This document shows positions 47,101 to 59,100 of a stretch of 64,000 nucleotides of DNA, piece after piece; position 1 is the stretch's first letter; the number at the start of each line of letters is the position of its first letter. The notes below the pieces were generated by a model that was not told where the DNA came from, did no database searches, and saw only the letters and a program-made list of their open reading frames with translations. Made by a program: the position numbers and the translations under genes. Source of the DNA: Sphaerodactylus townsendi (taxonomy: Eukaryota); NCBI RefSeq assembly GCF_021028975.2, contig NC_059427.1, forward strand, positions 72,292,001 to 72,356,000, read 5' to 3'.

Positions 47101-50100
47101 CTGATGGATCACTGGATCCAACCCATAAGTGTCACGTTCTAAGTATATTTACTTAAACATTTCTACCCCCTCTACTATTTTTTCTCATAATCTTTATCAC
47201 AATCACAATGATTACTTATTTTCAAGGGACCAAGATACTTGGAAGACCAATTCTCGATCAGAGTCAGGATTCTGTTGTTAAGGGCACGTAAAGAAGACAA
47301 AGTTTGATACAGACTCAAAAGAGAGGGCGGTGTATACATTGTGCAAAGAATGGCAGCAATTTGATGGCAAGAAGAACTTTGCCACCTATATAAAATATAA
47401 ACACTGACATAATTTGCGAGAAGAAGCAGAGGGCTACACAGATATCCACAGCTCACCAGGACCAATAACATTCCTATACTCTTCCCTCCCATCTCTTCAA
47501 GCATCTTGAAGTTTTGCAAGAATTACTCACATACTTTTAAACTTATTTTTGTACCTTTAAGGGGCTAGAAAATGTCCTTTGAAAACAAAGTTCGAATTCC
47601 TGGTCTACTTAAAACTAGGCACTTTGCAATCAAAAAGAAGAGCAAAAACATGGACCTGGCTCCAGAGGCCAATTTAAAAGACGAACTAAAGGTAGGAAAA
47701 GGAAACTGGAAGGGACAGAAAATTAAACTACTCTGCTAAACAGGGTCCACCATCACAGAAAGTTGCTTTGGGATTTAGGTAAGAGAAGAAGTGCTTTGAA
47801 TAAAAAGAAATGGCAGAACAAATACCAGTGCAATGCAAATATGTACCACAGATGAGGAGCAGAGTGATTTAGAAAGGAGACCATTCTGAACTGAACATGA
47901 AAGAGAAATGAAAGCCATTCACAAAGCAAGAATGACATGATTAAAGCTACCCAACAAACATAATCTCTCCTCTAAAACCTCTGCCTACTTTTCAAGGTCT
48001 TTCCTTCATAGAATCAAAGCTTTAAAAAATAACCTAGCAACATCCCAACAATATAAGCAGCAGAAAGAAGAAACAATCACCATAGCATTCCTGAGACTTA
48101 CCAGAAGCAGCAGTAGATGCAGGAATGGTAGTAGAAGCCAACTGCATTTCACCACCATGCAGCACTGGAAGGACCCCTCCAACATCCAGGAGGATACTAG
48201 AGCTGCTTGCATGACCAGAAACCACTGCTAGCTCACTCTCACCAACCTGCCAAAGAACAGAAGATGTGTATAGGTTAAAAATCAACTCACAGACTGCTCC
48301 CCATCCTGCATACACAATATAAGGCCTCTCTTCTGTACCACGGCAGCAGTACTACAAGCCCCCAAAACCTGTTTCCAAGTATTTGCTATCACTCTGCTGA
48401 CATGGTCGTATCCTCTGGTTGTTATCCAGCAGCACAGAATCAAGGTGCTCTGTTGGGTGGACAAAGTCAGCACAGCGCTGATGTGGGGGGAGCAGGGATC
48501 AGAACAAAACAAAAAACATCCGGTGTTTCTACTCATACAGAAAGGACACTGTACATCTCGCAACGGACCAAGAAACTTGTTATCTGAGCTCATTTAACTT
48601 GTTTAATGCTACAACCCTCCCAACCCAAAAACTAATTAAAAAAAACAAGGAGGGTAACATTCACAGATTTCACTTGGGAACCCTAGGGGTCCTTTTTTAG
48701 ACATTTCCCTAGCACACAAAAGAAGTACAAATGAGGATCAAGTATGCCACCAAAAATCATGGAAAGTGAGGAATATCTAAGACATATATGATAAAATAAA
48801 CCCTGGCCATTCTGTATTTAGCAACAGCATGAGCGTTCCCTGAGCAAAGGTGTGATATCCAGTCTCCTTGGGGACTAGAGATGCCATCCCCACCCCTGCA
48901 TTTATGCATGGCAATGCCATGTAGGTAGCACAAGTTACCCCTGTAGGCCGCAGAGCTCTCCTCCCCCATCCCTTAATGACATGTAAACAAGCTCCAGGGG
49001 TGGGCAAGGAAGGGACGGCAGTGGGGAAAGAGAATGGTCCAATGAGCCATAAGGAAATTCTCCTGCATGGAATAATTTGTGTCCATGCAGGAGGAAGTAT
49101 CCCCACCTGAACACATGAAAAATATGACATCCAAACCACTGCAAATATGCAATTTTTAAAAACGTGATTAGCAAGGAAACAGCTGTTTGATTATGAAAGG
49201 TTATCTGCACAGATTCAGCTGTCACCTTTTTAACAGCTGATACATACCACTTTATTTTAGTGAATGTATGTTATCAGTCCCTTCTTCTCCCACATCAATA
49301 TCATATCAATGGTGGTGTAATTTATTTTTTAAAAATTCTAGCACCCCCCTCCCAAAACTACAGGTGACTTACAACATGCATCAGTATTTAAGTACCTATT
49401 GAAATGGGCCAAGAGGAAGCATCCAATGTACTGGCATTGCTAAAGCTAACTGGGTGTGGATCTAATCAGTTCCTTTGGATGGGAAGCTCATATAAGAGCA
49501 GGATCTAAACATAAATTTAAAAAAACACCCCAGTTCATTACAAGAAAATTAAAATTATGAGCAATATGCCACTGCATTTCTTCAACAAGCTGCATTGCAG
49601 CCTCAGTGGTAGTATAAGTGGTTATAGGCACAAACTATGAGCTAGAAATTCCTGGCTCAAATATTACCTCAGCCACAAACTCACTGAGGAGAGAGCTGGG
49701 AAAGACTCTTTTTCCTTCTTTCTCCAGAGTTTCAGTAGTGAGATAATCAAAATTCTTTGGTCTAGAAAAAGTGTGCATAAGTAGGATGCTTCTGGCTCCT
49801 CAACCTAGGAAGATCCCTTAACACCCAGTCAGACTATCAAAGTCAGTCTTGCCTACTCTGACTGGCAGCAGCTCTCCAAGGTATTAGGTTTCAGCAGGTA
49901 ACATCACCTGCTACCACACTCTTTTACTAAAGGAGATCCTGGGGATTGAAGTTGGGGATCTTTTGCAAGCCAAGCAGAAGCTCTATCACTGAGTCACTGT
50001 CCCACAAGTCAGAGACCTGTCTAAGCTTTCACTTTTCAAAACTGCTGGTTCTTTTTGTAGTGAAAGTCAGTCACAGAGATTCACCAGGATTATTGCATAT

Positions 50101-53100
50101 GTAAGCAGTGAACTCCATACCAGCCTGGGGCTTGTGGGCAGGAGGCTGCCTTTCTTCAGCAGCTCTGAAAGCAGAGGAGAAGGAGGCGGAGTTGCTTTCT
50201 GTCCTATCATCTTTTTCTGGGCTGAATCATCTGTGACTGGGGTCATGGGGGCATCCAGTGAGGTGGAGCCCATAGGGGTGTCAGGGATCCCAATGAAGGA
50301 GGCAACTGGGGTGTTGGGCAATGTCCCTGGAGTTACCTGAGAAAGAGAAAAACCACACTGTTCAAAGCCACATCCTCATCATCTTGACAAGTCCCACTGA
50401 TTCCACCCACCAGGGCCAGTGACCCAGCAAACCTCAAGCACCTCCTCCATCATTCTTGCTCCCCTTACCCCTTTGTGTATCTCTGCCTTTATATGTCTAC
50501 TCTAACCAAAACATTTTTCACTGCCTTGCCACAAAGCAGACTTTGTTCTCGGGGCAACTTGTTGACATGACAAAAAGAAAAAAAATAAGATAGAGAAAGG
50601 CATATATAGCTCATCTGGTCTTGGCGCACTCTACAGATGGCTACATACTATAGGTTTTACATTTTTGCCAAATCCTTACCCCTGGACTAGCCTCTTCTAC
50701 CGTGGGCTGAGACAAGTCCCCGAGAGTGTAGTCTCCTCCTGGTGAGGTTGAGCCTGCTGGAGAGCGGACCATCATTCCTGGCACTCTTCGTGATGGATTC
50801 TTAACTGCCTGACGAGCTGGAAGGAAATTCAATTTCAAAGCTGTAGTCCAGACAATCACACTGAGAAACAGGAAATCCAAGTACAAACTGACAGGACAGT
50901 CAACCACCAAATCAAACATTAAGCTACTTGAACTCTTGTGGCTACTTCCATCATAAAGATTCTCTGAATGTGGTAACAATAGGAAACATTACCAGTAGCA
51001 AACTTTACCAGTAACAAAAACACTGATCACTAATCATGAACAGCTTTTTCATTGCTAAAACCCTTACTTTGGGACTCGCATCTCAAAACCTGTGCTCCAG
51101 CTCTACAAGCTTGTGTGTTTTCTGCACACACTGGATTTCACCATTTCTAAATGTTCTCATACAAATAAGCTAAGTTATAGTAGACAAGCAATCTCAGCTA
51201 ACCTTGATAAGCAGCATCAGTAGCTTTCCTCTTCACCTCTGCCTCTTCTTCTTCCATTCTTTTTTTCCTAAAGCAATTCAGCAGACCTCAAGGTTACTGA
51301 GTGCTAATCAATGCCTTCCCACCAACACAATGAGTTATAGCTCAGATAAACTCAAGTGTGATTTGTTATCCATGACCAAGCTATTATCTAGAAATTTCAA
51401 GTGTGATTTTCATCCGTGATCCAAGTCACTATCTAGAAATTTCACTCAAAGTTTTATTCTAAAGGGTATGAAGGCTTCAAACACATGGGATCTCGCCAAT
51501 GCAAATACTGAAGAGCACTCCCCCTCCCCATAATGTGTGCATAACTGGTTTAGAACCACAGCAAAAGCCTACAGCAGGGTGACACAGTGATCAATTAACT
51601 AGTCAAATATTGGTAATATTCCATGAAGCTATAATGCAGGCTGATTACCTTTTTTACTTCACTGGAAAGTCATTTGCTCACAACAAATGCATTTTGTTGA
51701 GCAGCTACTACTAAAACTTTGCTTTCTTTATGTTACAATGTCATTACTTTTGGAACCATAGGTCGACCCTAGTGCTAGGATACCAAAAACGACAGAACCA
51801 TTCAATCGATCAGTTGTTGTGGGTTTTCCGGACTGTGTGGCTGTGGTCTAGTAGATCTTGTTCCTAACATTTTGCCTGCATCTGTGGCTGGCATCTTCAG
51901 AGGTGTATCAGAGAGAAGTCTGTTACACACTGTGTCCAGTGAGAAGGAAATGTTTAGTGGGGCATATATTGTCCATGTCTCAGGGTGGGGAACTTTTGTG
52001 TGGAACTTGCTATGCAAAGGTGTGGTTGATAGTATTGTATTGTGGGTGGGGGTTTTCAGTCCGGGGAGTGATTCACATTTGCATTCCCTGCTGTAGCAGC
52101 AGTATTGGTGAATGCAAATCCTGTGTCTGGGTGGAGTCCATTATCCATGAACTTAGCATGCCCTTGGCCTTTGATTCTGGTGTTTTTAATTACTGGTAGC
52201 CAAGTTTTGTTAATTCTCAGAGTTTCTTCCTTCTTGTTGAAGTTCCTTGGTGTTTGTGGATTTCAATGGCCTCCCTGCGTAGTCTGACATATTTCCATGT
52301 TTTCAAATAAAATGTTATGTCCAGTTTTATTTAGAGCATCTACTGCTCTATTTAGAGCATCTACTGCAGATTTTTCAGGATGGTTAAGCCGACAGTGTCT
52401 TTCATTCTCCTTAATATGAGACTGAATGCTATGTTTTGTAGTTTCAAAGTAGACCTTTCCACAACTGCAGGGTATGCGATAAGACTCCTTCAGAAGTGAG
52501 GGGATATCTCTTGTCCTTGGCTGAGTGTAGAATCTGCTGTATTTTTCTGGCAGGTTTGAAGACTGTTTGTAGGTTATGTTTTTTTAATCAGTTTCCCTAT
52601 TTGATCTGTGATTCCCTTGAGGTATAGTAGAAATAATTTTCCCTGTGGGGGGCTGTTTCTCCTCAGTCTTCTGGGTTTCTTTGCATCTTAAAGCTCTTCT
52701 GATTTCAGTTTTGGAGTAGCATTAGCGTGCAGAGCCCAGTCTAGATTATTGATTTCATCAGGGAGGAGGTGAGGTTCACAAATTTGTTTTGCACGATCTG
52801 TCAAAGTTTTGATTATACTCCTTTTATGTTGTGGTTGGTGGTTGGAGTTTTTATGTAGATACCGGTCTCTGTGTGTAAGTTTTCTGTATACTGTGTGGCC
52901 CAATTGATGGTTGGGTTTGCAAAAGACCAAAACATCTAAAAAAGGAAGTTTTCCTTCTTCGTCAGTTTCCATGATAAATTGGATGTTTGGGTGGATGCCG
53001 TTAAGGTGGTCCAGAAAATTCAGCAGTTCTTCCTCACCATGGCTCCAGATTGTAAAAGTGTCATCCACAAATTGGAACCAAGTTGTGGGTTTCCTGGGTG

Positions 53101-56100
53101 CTGTTTTGAGGGCTTGTTTCTCAAAATGTTCCATGTAAAAATTGGCTATCCCATGGCTGCCCCCTCTGTCTGCTCATAGTAATCATTGTCCCATTGGAAG
53201 TGGCTGGTTGTTAGGCAGTGTTGAAACAAAGTTATGTCATTTGGAAAAATCCAGCCGATGAGTGCAAATGTGTCATTCACTGGAGCTTTGGTGAACAGTG
53301 AGACAACTTCAAAGCTAATAAGTCTGTTGCTAGGGTTGAGATGGAGACTGCTAATATTTCGATGAAGTGGGCTGAGTCTTTAACATAATGAAAAACCCCA
53401 CCCGCAATACAATGCAGTCAACCACACCTTTGCATAGCAAGTTCCACCCAAACACTTACTGATTGGTTCCCCACCCTGGTACATGGACATTATATACCCC
53501 ACTAAATATTCCCTTCTCATGTGACACAGGGTGTAACAGACTTCTCTCTGTGATACACCTCTGAAGATGCCAGACACAGATCCAGGTAAAATGCTAGGAA
53601 CAAGATCTACCAGACCACGGTCACATAGTCCAGAAAACCCACAACTACTGATTAATTGAACAACCAGCTGAATCCGGCCATGAAAGCCTTCGACAATACA
53701 TTCAATCGATCTTTCTTGTTAATTCGCTACATTTTTTTAACATTGTGAACTTCTTGAGAGGCAATGGCTGCATGCTGAGAACACTTTTAAACAGCATTGA
53801 GACAGGATATGCACAAACCTATCCAGCCACCAGCATAATTCTGGCACCTTGCCTTCCTGCCTTGCTTCTGATGCAAAAAATTACAGTGAGAAACTAACTC
53901 TAGTTTAAAACTGCAGCTCAAATGGGACTGATTCCGTTTCATGATAGCTCCCATGAATTTTCACGTCTCAAGTGACTGGGATTCTAACTGGAATTCTCAG
54001 GAGTGAAACAGAAAGAGAAGCGAAGCATGCATGTGGGCTTGGGAAAGCATCATGCCTTAATGCCAGTTAAAAGTGACATCAGAATTCAGTCAATGAAATT
54101 AATTTATTTCTGTAATTGACTTAGATACCAAATAGGCAGGGTCATACTGCCCACGAGGACAGGGGGGTTAAATGACCCCAGGCGCCTTGGGCCGGGGGCA
54201 CAAAATCACCCCCATCCCCTCCTCCCCCGGGGTCAGTTGACCCACGCACCCGTCTCCATGGGTGGTATGAGGCGCCCGTCCAAGCTGCCTCATTCCCTCC
54301 CCAGGCCCTTGGGGGCAGGGCTTGGAGGTGGGGGCTCGGCAGCTCGGACAGGCATTATGGCAGGCCACCTCTTGGGTCACCTGCCGGGCCCTGCCCCCCC
54401 GCAGGCCGGCTTCTGCCCTTCCCAGGGCCTGCAGGAGGCGCCTGCATGGAGGCGGGGGTGGCCGCTCAGGGCAGGGGGTGGCTCAGATGGGTGCCGTGGC
54501 AGCTGACCGGCTCAGGAGCTGGCATGCTGCTGCAGTGTCCAAGTGCTGGGGGGGCACAGGGCCGGTGCCCCCCCCGAAAGAGGTGTTGTCCCCAGGCGTC
54601 ATTTCTTCCCGATACGCCTCTGCAAATAGGTTAATGATTAACATGTCTGTTCTCAAAAAAGATTATGCTTTTAAAAAACTCAACAAGTCTTTAACAAGTC
54701 AAATGCTTAACCATAGACCTAAATAAATTTCCCTTTCAGGTTCAATCTTAAAGTTTAGAAGTTCCAGTAAAACCCAAGGACAGAGTCCTAGAACTCAGAA
54801 ATACAATCCCAGATAGAACAGTCACAGGGTAGTAATAAGATAACCCACACCACAATGTCATTGCACAGTTCCTCCAGCCTGTGATCCATGTGCCCCGCCT
54901 GTATCAGTTCCGCATCCCTCTTCAGCTGCCTGCAGAGACAACAAAAACAGAACTCATGTTCTATGTCATTATCAACACATCATCAACACATCCTGAAGCA
55001 GCCAAGAAATACCCAATATTATGACTTATTGGGTAGATACCTGTACTTCTCTTGTGTCTCCTTGATCATCTTCTTTAGCTCCTCAACCCGTTCTGCTGTC
55101 AGTTTTCTCACAATAACATCTTCCACAGTTTCTACCACTTCTCCTTTCTCACCACGCTTTCTTCTACACCAAAAAGAAGGAAAAATAATCTAAGGTCTGA
55201 GATTTGGTATGCCCAATCCTCCAAGACAAAATGCCTTTCCTCCACATCAAACCCACCACCCTGTTGTTCAGACCCATTGATGGTCCTCCTTTTTGCTCTT
55301 CTGCAACTCCTAGGAACTATTATATTAAAAGATAAGTTTATACTTTAGTATTCAATTACAGTTCCTACAGCACAACTCTATAAGCCTGACTGCTTGAAAG
55401 CAAGTCCTGTTGATTTCAATGGTATCTACTCTAAAGTCAACATGCCTAAGATCATTCATTCAGTTAGCCACTTTGGAATGCAATACTGAGCAGTAGAAAC
55501 TATGCCACAGACATTTCAAAAAGCCTACTTCCCCAATCCTGGTAAATAATTAAGGAAACAAATGTATATAAGCAATTTGTTACAGGGCAAAAACCAATAC
55601 ACATGATTAAACTTTGACACTCTAGGCTTCCCCTATTCTTTCTTGAAGAGTGTGAAAGATTCACCACCCAGTACATCAGAGTTTATATGTATCTGGGTAA
55701 CTGAACTGAAACTTTATTATGAATGTTGTCCAGGTGAGCTGCCAATTGCCTTTGACAAAATCATGTTAGCTGTCAATTCTCACAAAACCACTTTCATAAG
55801 AAGTTTCAAACTCCAGCATATTTATAAGCATTTGTTTGTGTGTTTGTTTTGAAGTCACAGCAGTGTGGTATACTTTCTACTCAAACTAGACAGTGGGAAT
55901 GTGTTCAGATGTTCCAACTACTCTTCCATTCTCCCTTCCAACACAATTCTGAGTGTTGATGTTCCCCCATCCTCTGGTTGAGCGTGGCATGTCCTCTGAA
56001 TAAAATGGAATTGGCTTTTGAAATTAGATGTCCAAATAGAATTTGTGAGTGGATGCACAAAACCTACAAAGATATTATTACACACACCCATACAATTTAA

Positions 56101-59100
56101 CAAAGAAAGAAAAGCAGGAAGGATATGAAGCAGGTTGTTGTCTATGAAGCAAAACGTGTAAGAAATAAGATTCTGATGCAACAGCCAGTATAAGAAAACG
56201 GCCCAAACATAATGAAATGAACAAATTAGGAAAAGCAAAGGAAAAGAAGATTGAGTATAACTAAATGCCTCATGTCTGTATGTTACCACAGAATTTAGCT
56301 ATGGCCCAAACATAACCAAACAGGTAATCTGGAAATAAATTTCATCTCCTATGCCCAAGATGTCACCTCCAGTTCTAAAACAGCTACAACGTTTAATGCA
56401 ATGACTTCCCTTCCACCCTTGCCCCCTTTAAAAGAGAAGGAAAACAAACACACAATTTGGTCTTTGCACTCACTTAGGTGTCTCAGTTGTCTCCAGGAGT
56501 TCAGAATACTGGGATGCACAGTGCTAAAAAAACACATACAATTTTCAGAGAATAATAACTGACAAATACTTCTAAGTATCTTCATACCCTGATAGAAAAC
56601 CTACTGTAATTTGTCAAATAACACCAAGATGCATACTGCTGAACCCTATTCTAACACTGCCCTTTAAGAGGTAGGAAAAGATATAAGTTGACTGTAGAAA
56701 ACGTATTCTGTAATATTTGGACAGAGACTCTCTCCTACAGTTATAGTAAGTAATACTGCCAGCATGTTTAAATATCATGTTAATCTTTAACTGGAACTAT
56801 CGTGTATATGCCAATAAAGGCTTATTGAATTGAATATCATGTTAATCTTTATAAGATTGAACGTACTGAATTTGCTAATAGTGCATTACCGTTAAACATA
56901 TCATAGCATATTAATTGTTGCCAAAATATTTATATTTAAACAATACTGAAAATGTTGCACATGTGTCTCAGTGCTTGCACAAATGTCTCAATTCCTTCAC
57001 TGGAAAAGTCAAGAGTCCTCAGATCGTCTTGTGCTGTACATTTGGAATAAGTGAAATGTTTTGTAAGATGAGGTTTTCCTCAGACAAAAAGAGAAAATAT
57101 TTCATAGGAGTTTACTTCCCCAGTGCTCCCGCAAGTTTTTCATTGAAAGAAAGGGAAAAAAACTGGTTTCTGATTTTTTCTTCAGGTCTTCACATCTCTA
57201 ATGCCCAGTTCAGCATGGAAGTAGGTCCACATAGTGAGCTCTTGGGAAGATATTTCTCAATAATGAAATGAAGGACAATAGGAAAATGTATGCACCTTAC
57301 CTTCTGAGAAAACCAATCAGGTGGGCGGCCTGGCTCTGCAAAGGGTTTGATGGCTCTGCTGACAGACACCCTAGAAAAGAAAATAAGTGGAAATAAGATT
57401 AACCTTCCCTTTACTGGAAAGATAAAGAAGTGAAAAGCTCATGTTGGGTTCACTAGGTGGGGGGGAGAATGGAAATATATGCAACATAACACTCATCTAT
57501 ATCCCAGCTCAAGAACACACTAACGGTATATTAATTTAAAATCCTTCTTCTATATTGCATGAATACTCCCCCATATTCTATTCCTATTTACTAAAATCCA
57601 GAATAACCATCACTAGAGATTCAGTATTTCCAACTGCTTACCTAATTTCATCTTGTTCCACAAGAGTAAATAAGGAATACCATGAAAGCAATATCCAAAC
57701 AGTAACAAACAGAACTGCTGAAAATATTGCTCTAAGCTCAAGGTCAGAGAGTCATGCACATAAACTCACAAATCTTCAGGCTTTTACTAACTTTTAATAA
57801 CAATGTATCAAAGGTAAAGTGAGCTAGTTAGTATCATGGTTTAAAGGATAAACGCATCTAGTTGTCATTACTGTTTCATGTTGCCATCAAAATCAGTGCA
57901 AACGATGCAGAATTCAGCAGCATTCAAACAAACAGCTCAGTAACTCCTGAAATGATTAAGAAGATGACTAAACAAAACAAGTCTCTGCTTGAGGTTCATG
58001 AAGAGGTTGTCTTTCTTCCATATGTGGTGGACTTGTAAAAAAATCAAGAAGTACTGGATAGAAGTACACACGAAAATGCAAAAAATAATTAAAATTTCCT
58101 CTTCCTGCCAAAACAATGTTAATGGGCATCTTACCAGAAAACCTCCCTAAGAAGCTTAATGAACTATGTTGACATTTATTAACTGCAGCAAGAGTAATAA
58201 TTGCATCTAGTTGGAAAATTGATAAAAATCTTAAAACAGAATTTTGGGAAGATAAAATCAGAGAATATGCTATAATGGCTAAAATAACAAAATTTGTAAA
58301 CAGATGGTCAAAACATTAATTTGATGAGAAATTGGAACTTTATTTATTATTTGAAGTTGAATTGATTATGTAGAAATAATAATAACTGGAAGATTATTAA
58401 CTTGCTAATGACTAAGATACATGAGATTGTTTAGTAATGATGCTGCAGAGCCAGTGGTCAGAAGGTAGTGAATTTTAAGACTTTATAATAGTTTCCCTGA
58501 TAATACCAGATTTGTTATTTCAAGATTCAATGTGTTATTTTTATATCTAGACAGATCTGGAGTAGATGTATTACTTTTTTCTGTTTTCTGTTTTGTCTTT
58601 GTCTTGAATATTGTCCTTTTTCTATCTCCCTTTCATAATTCTCTATTTTGTTTGTCACTTATACTGTGAAATTTTTTTTTAAAAAAAACAATGAGCTTAG
58701 CATAGCAGGTCTTTCCCTTTCAATTGTTATCAATTACACTAATTCTACTGCTCAAGGCTAGTCTGTGTACAGACATAATGATATCCATTCAAACATTTTC
58801 TAGGATACCACTGGGAAGACCACTTAGCAGCAAGTTCTCACAAGCATCAATAACAACTAACTTACCAGTTCTGGTCTCCACTCCTCATGACAGAAGAAGC
58901 CAAGCATAGCTTCTCCCGGATAGACCATGGCTCTGTAGGTCCAACACTCAGCAGCTTGTGCTCTGTCAGGAATGACAAATAAACAGTAGTGTTGAAACCT
59001 AATCATATACCCCAGAAAGGGATTCTTCTCACCCAACTGCACCTAATCTACCTCAATTCATGCAGCTTGCCAAAAGCAAACATGATGGTCCTTTCCTGAG

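Noticed and set aside
54137-54622. CpG island / internal promoter or GC-rich ORFs in BRD8 intron 6
   Set aside because: Bounded by a perfect 8-bp target-site duplication, so it is explained as a transposon insertion
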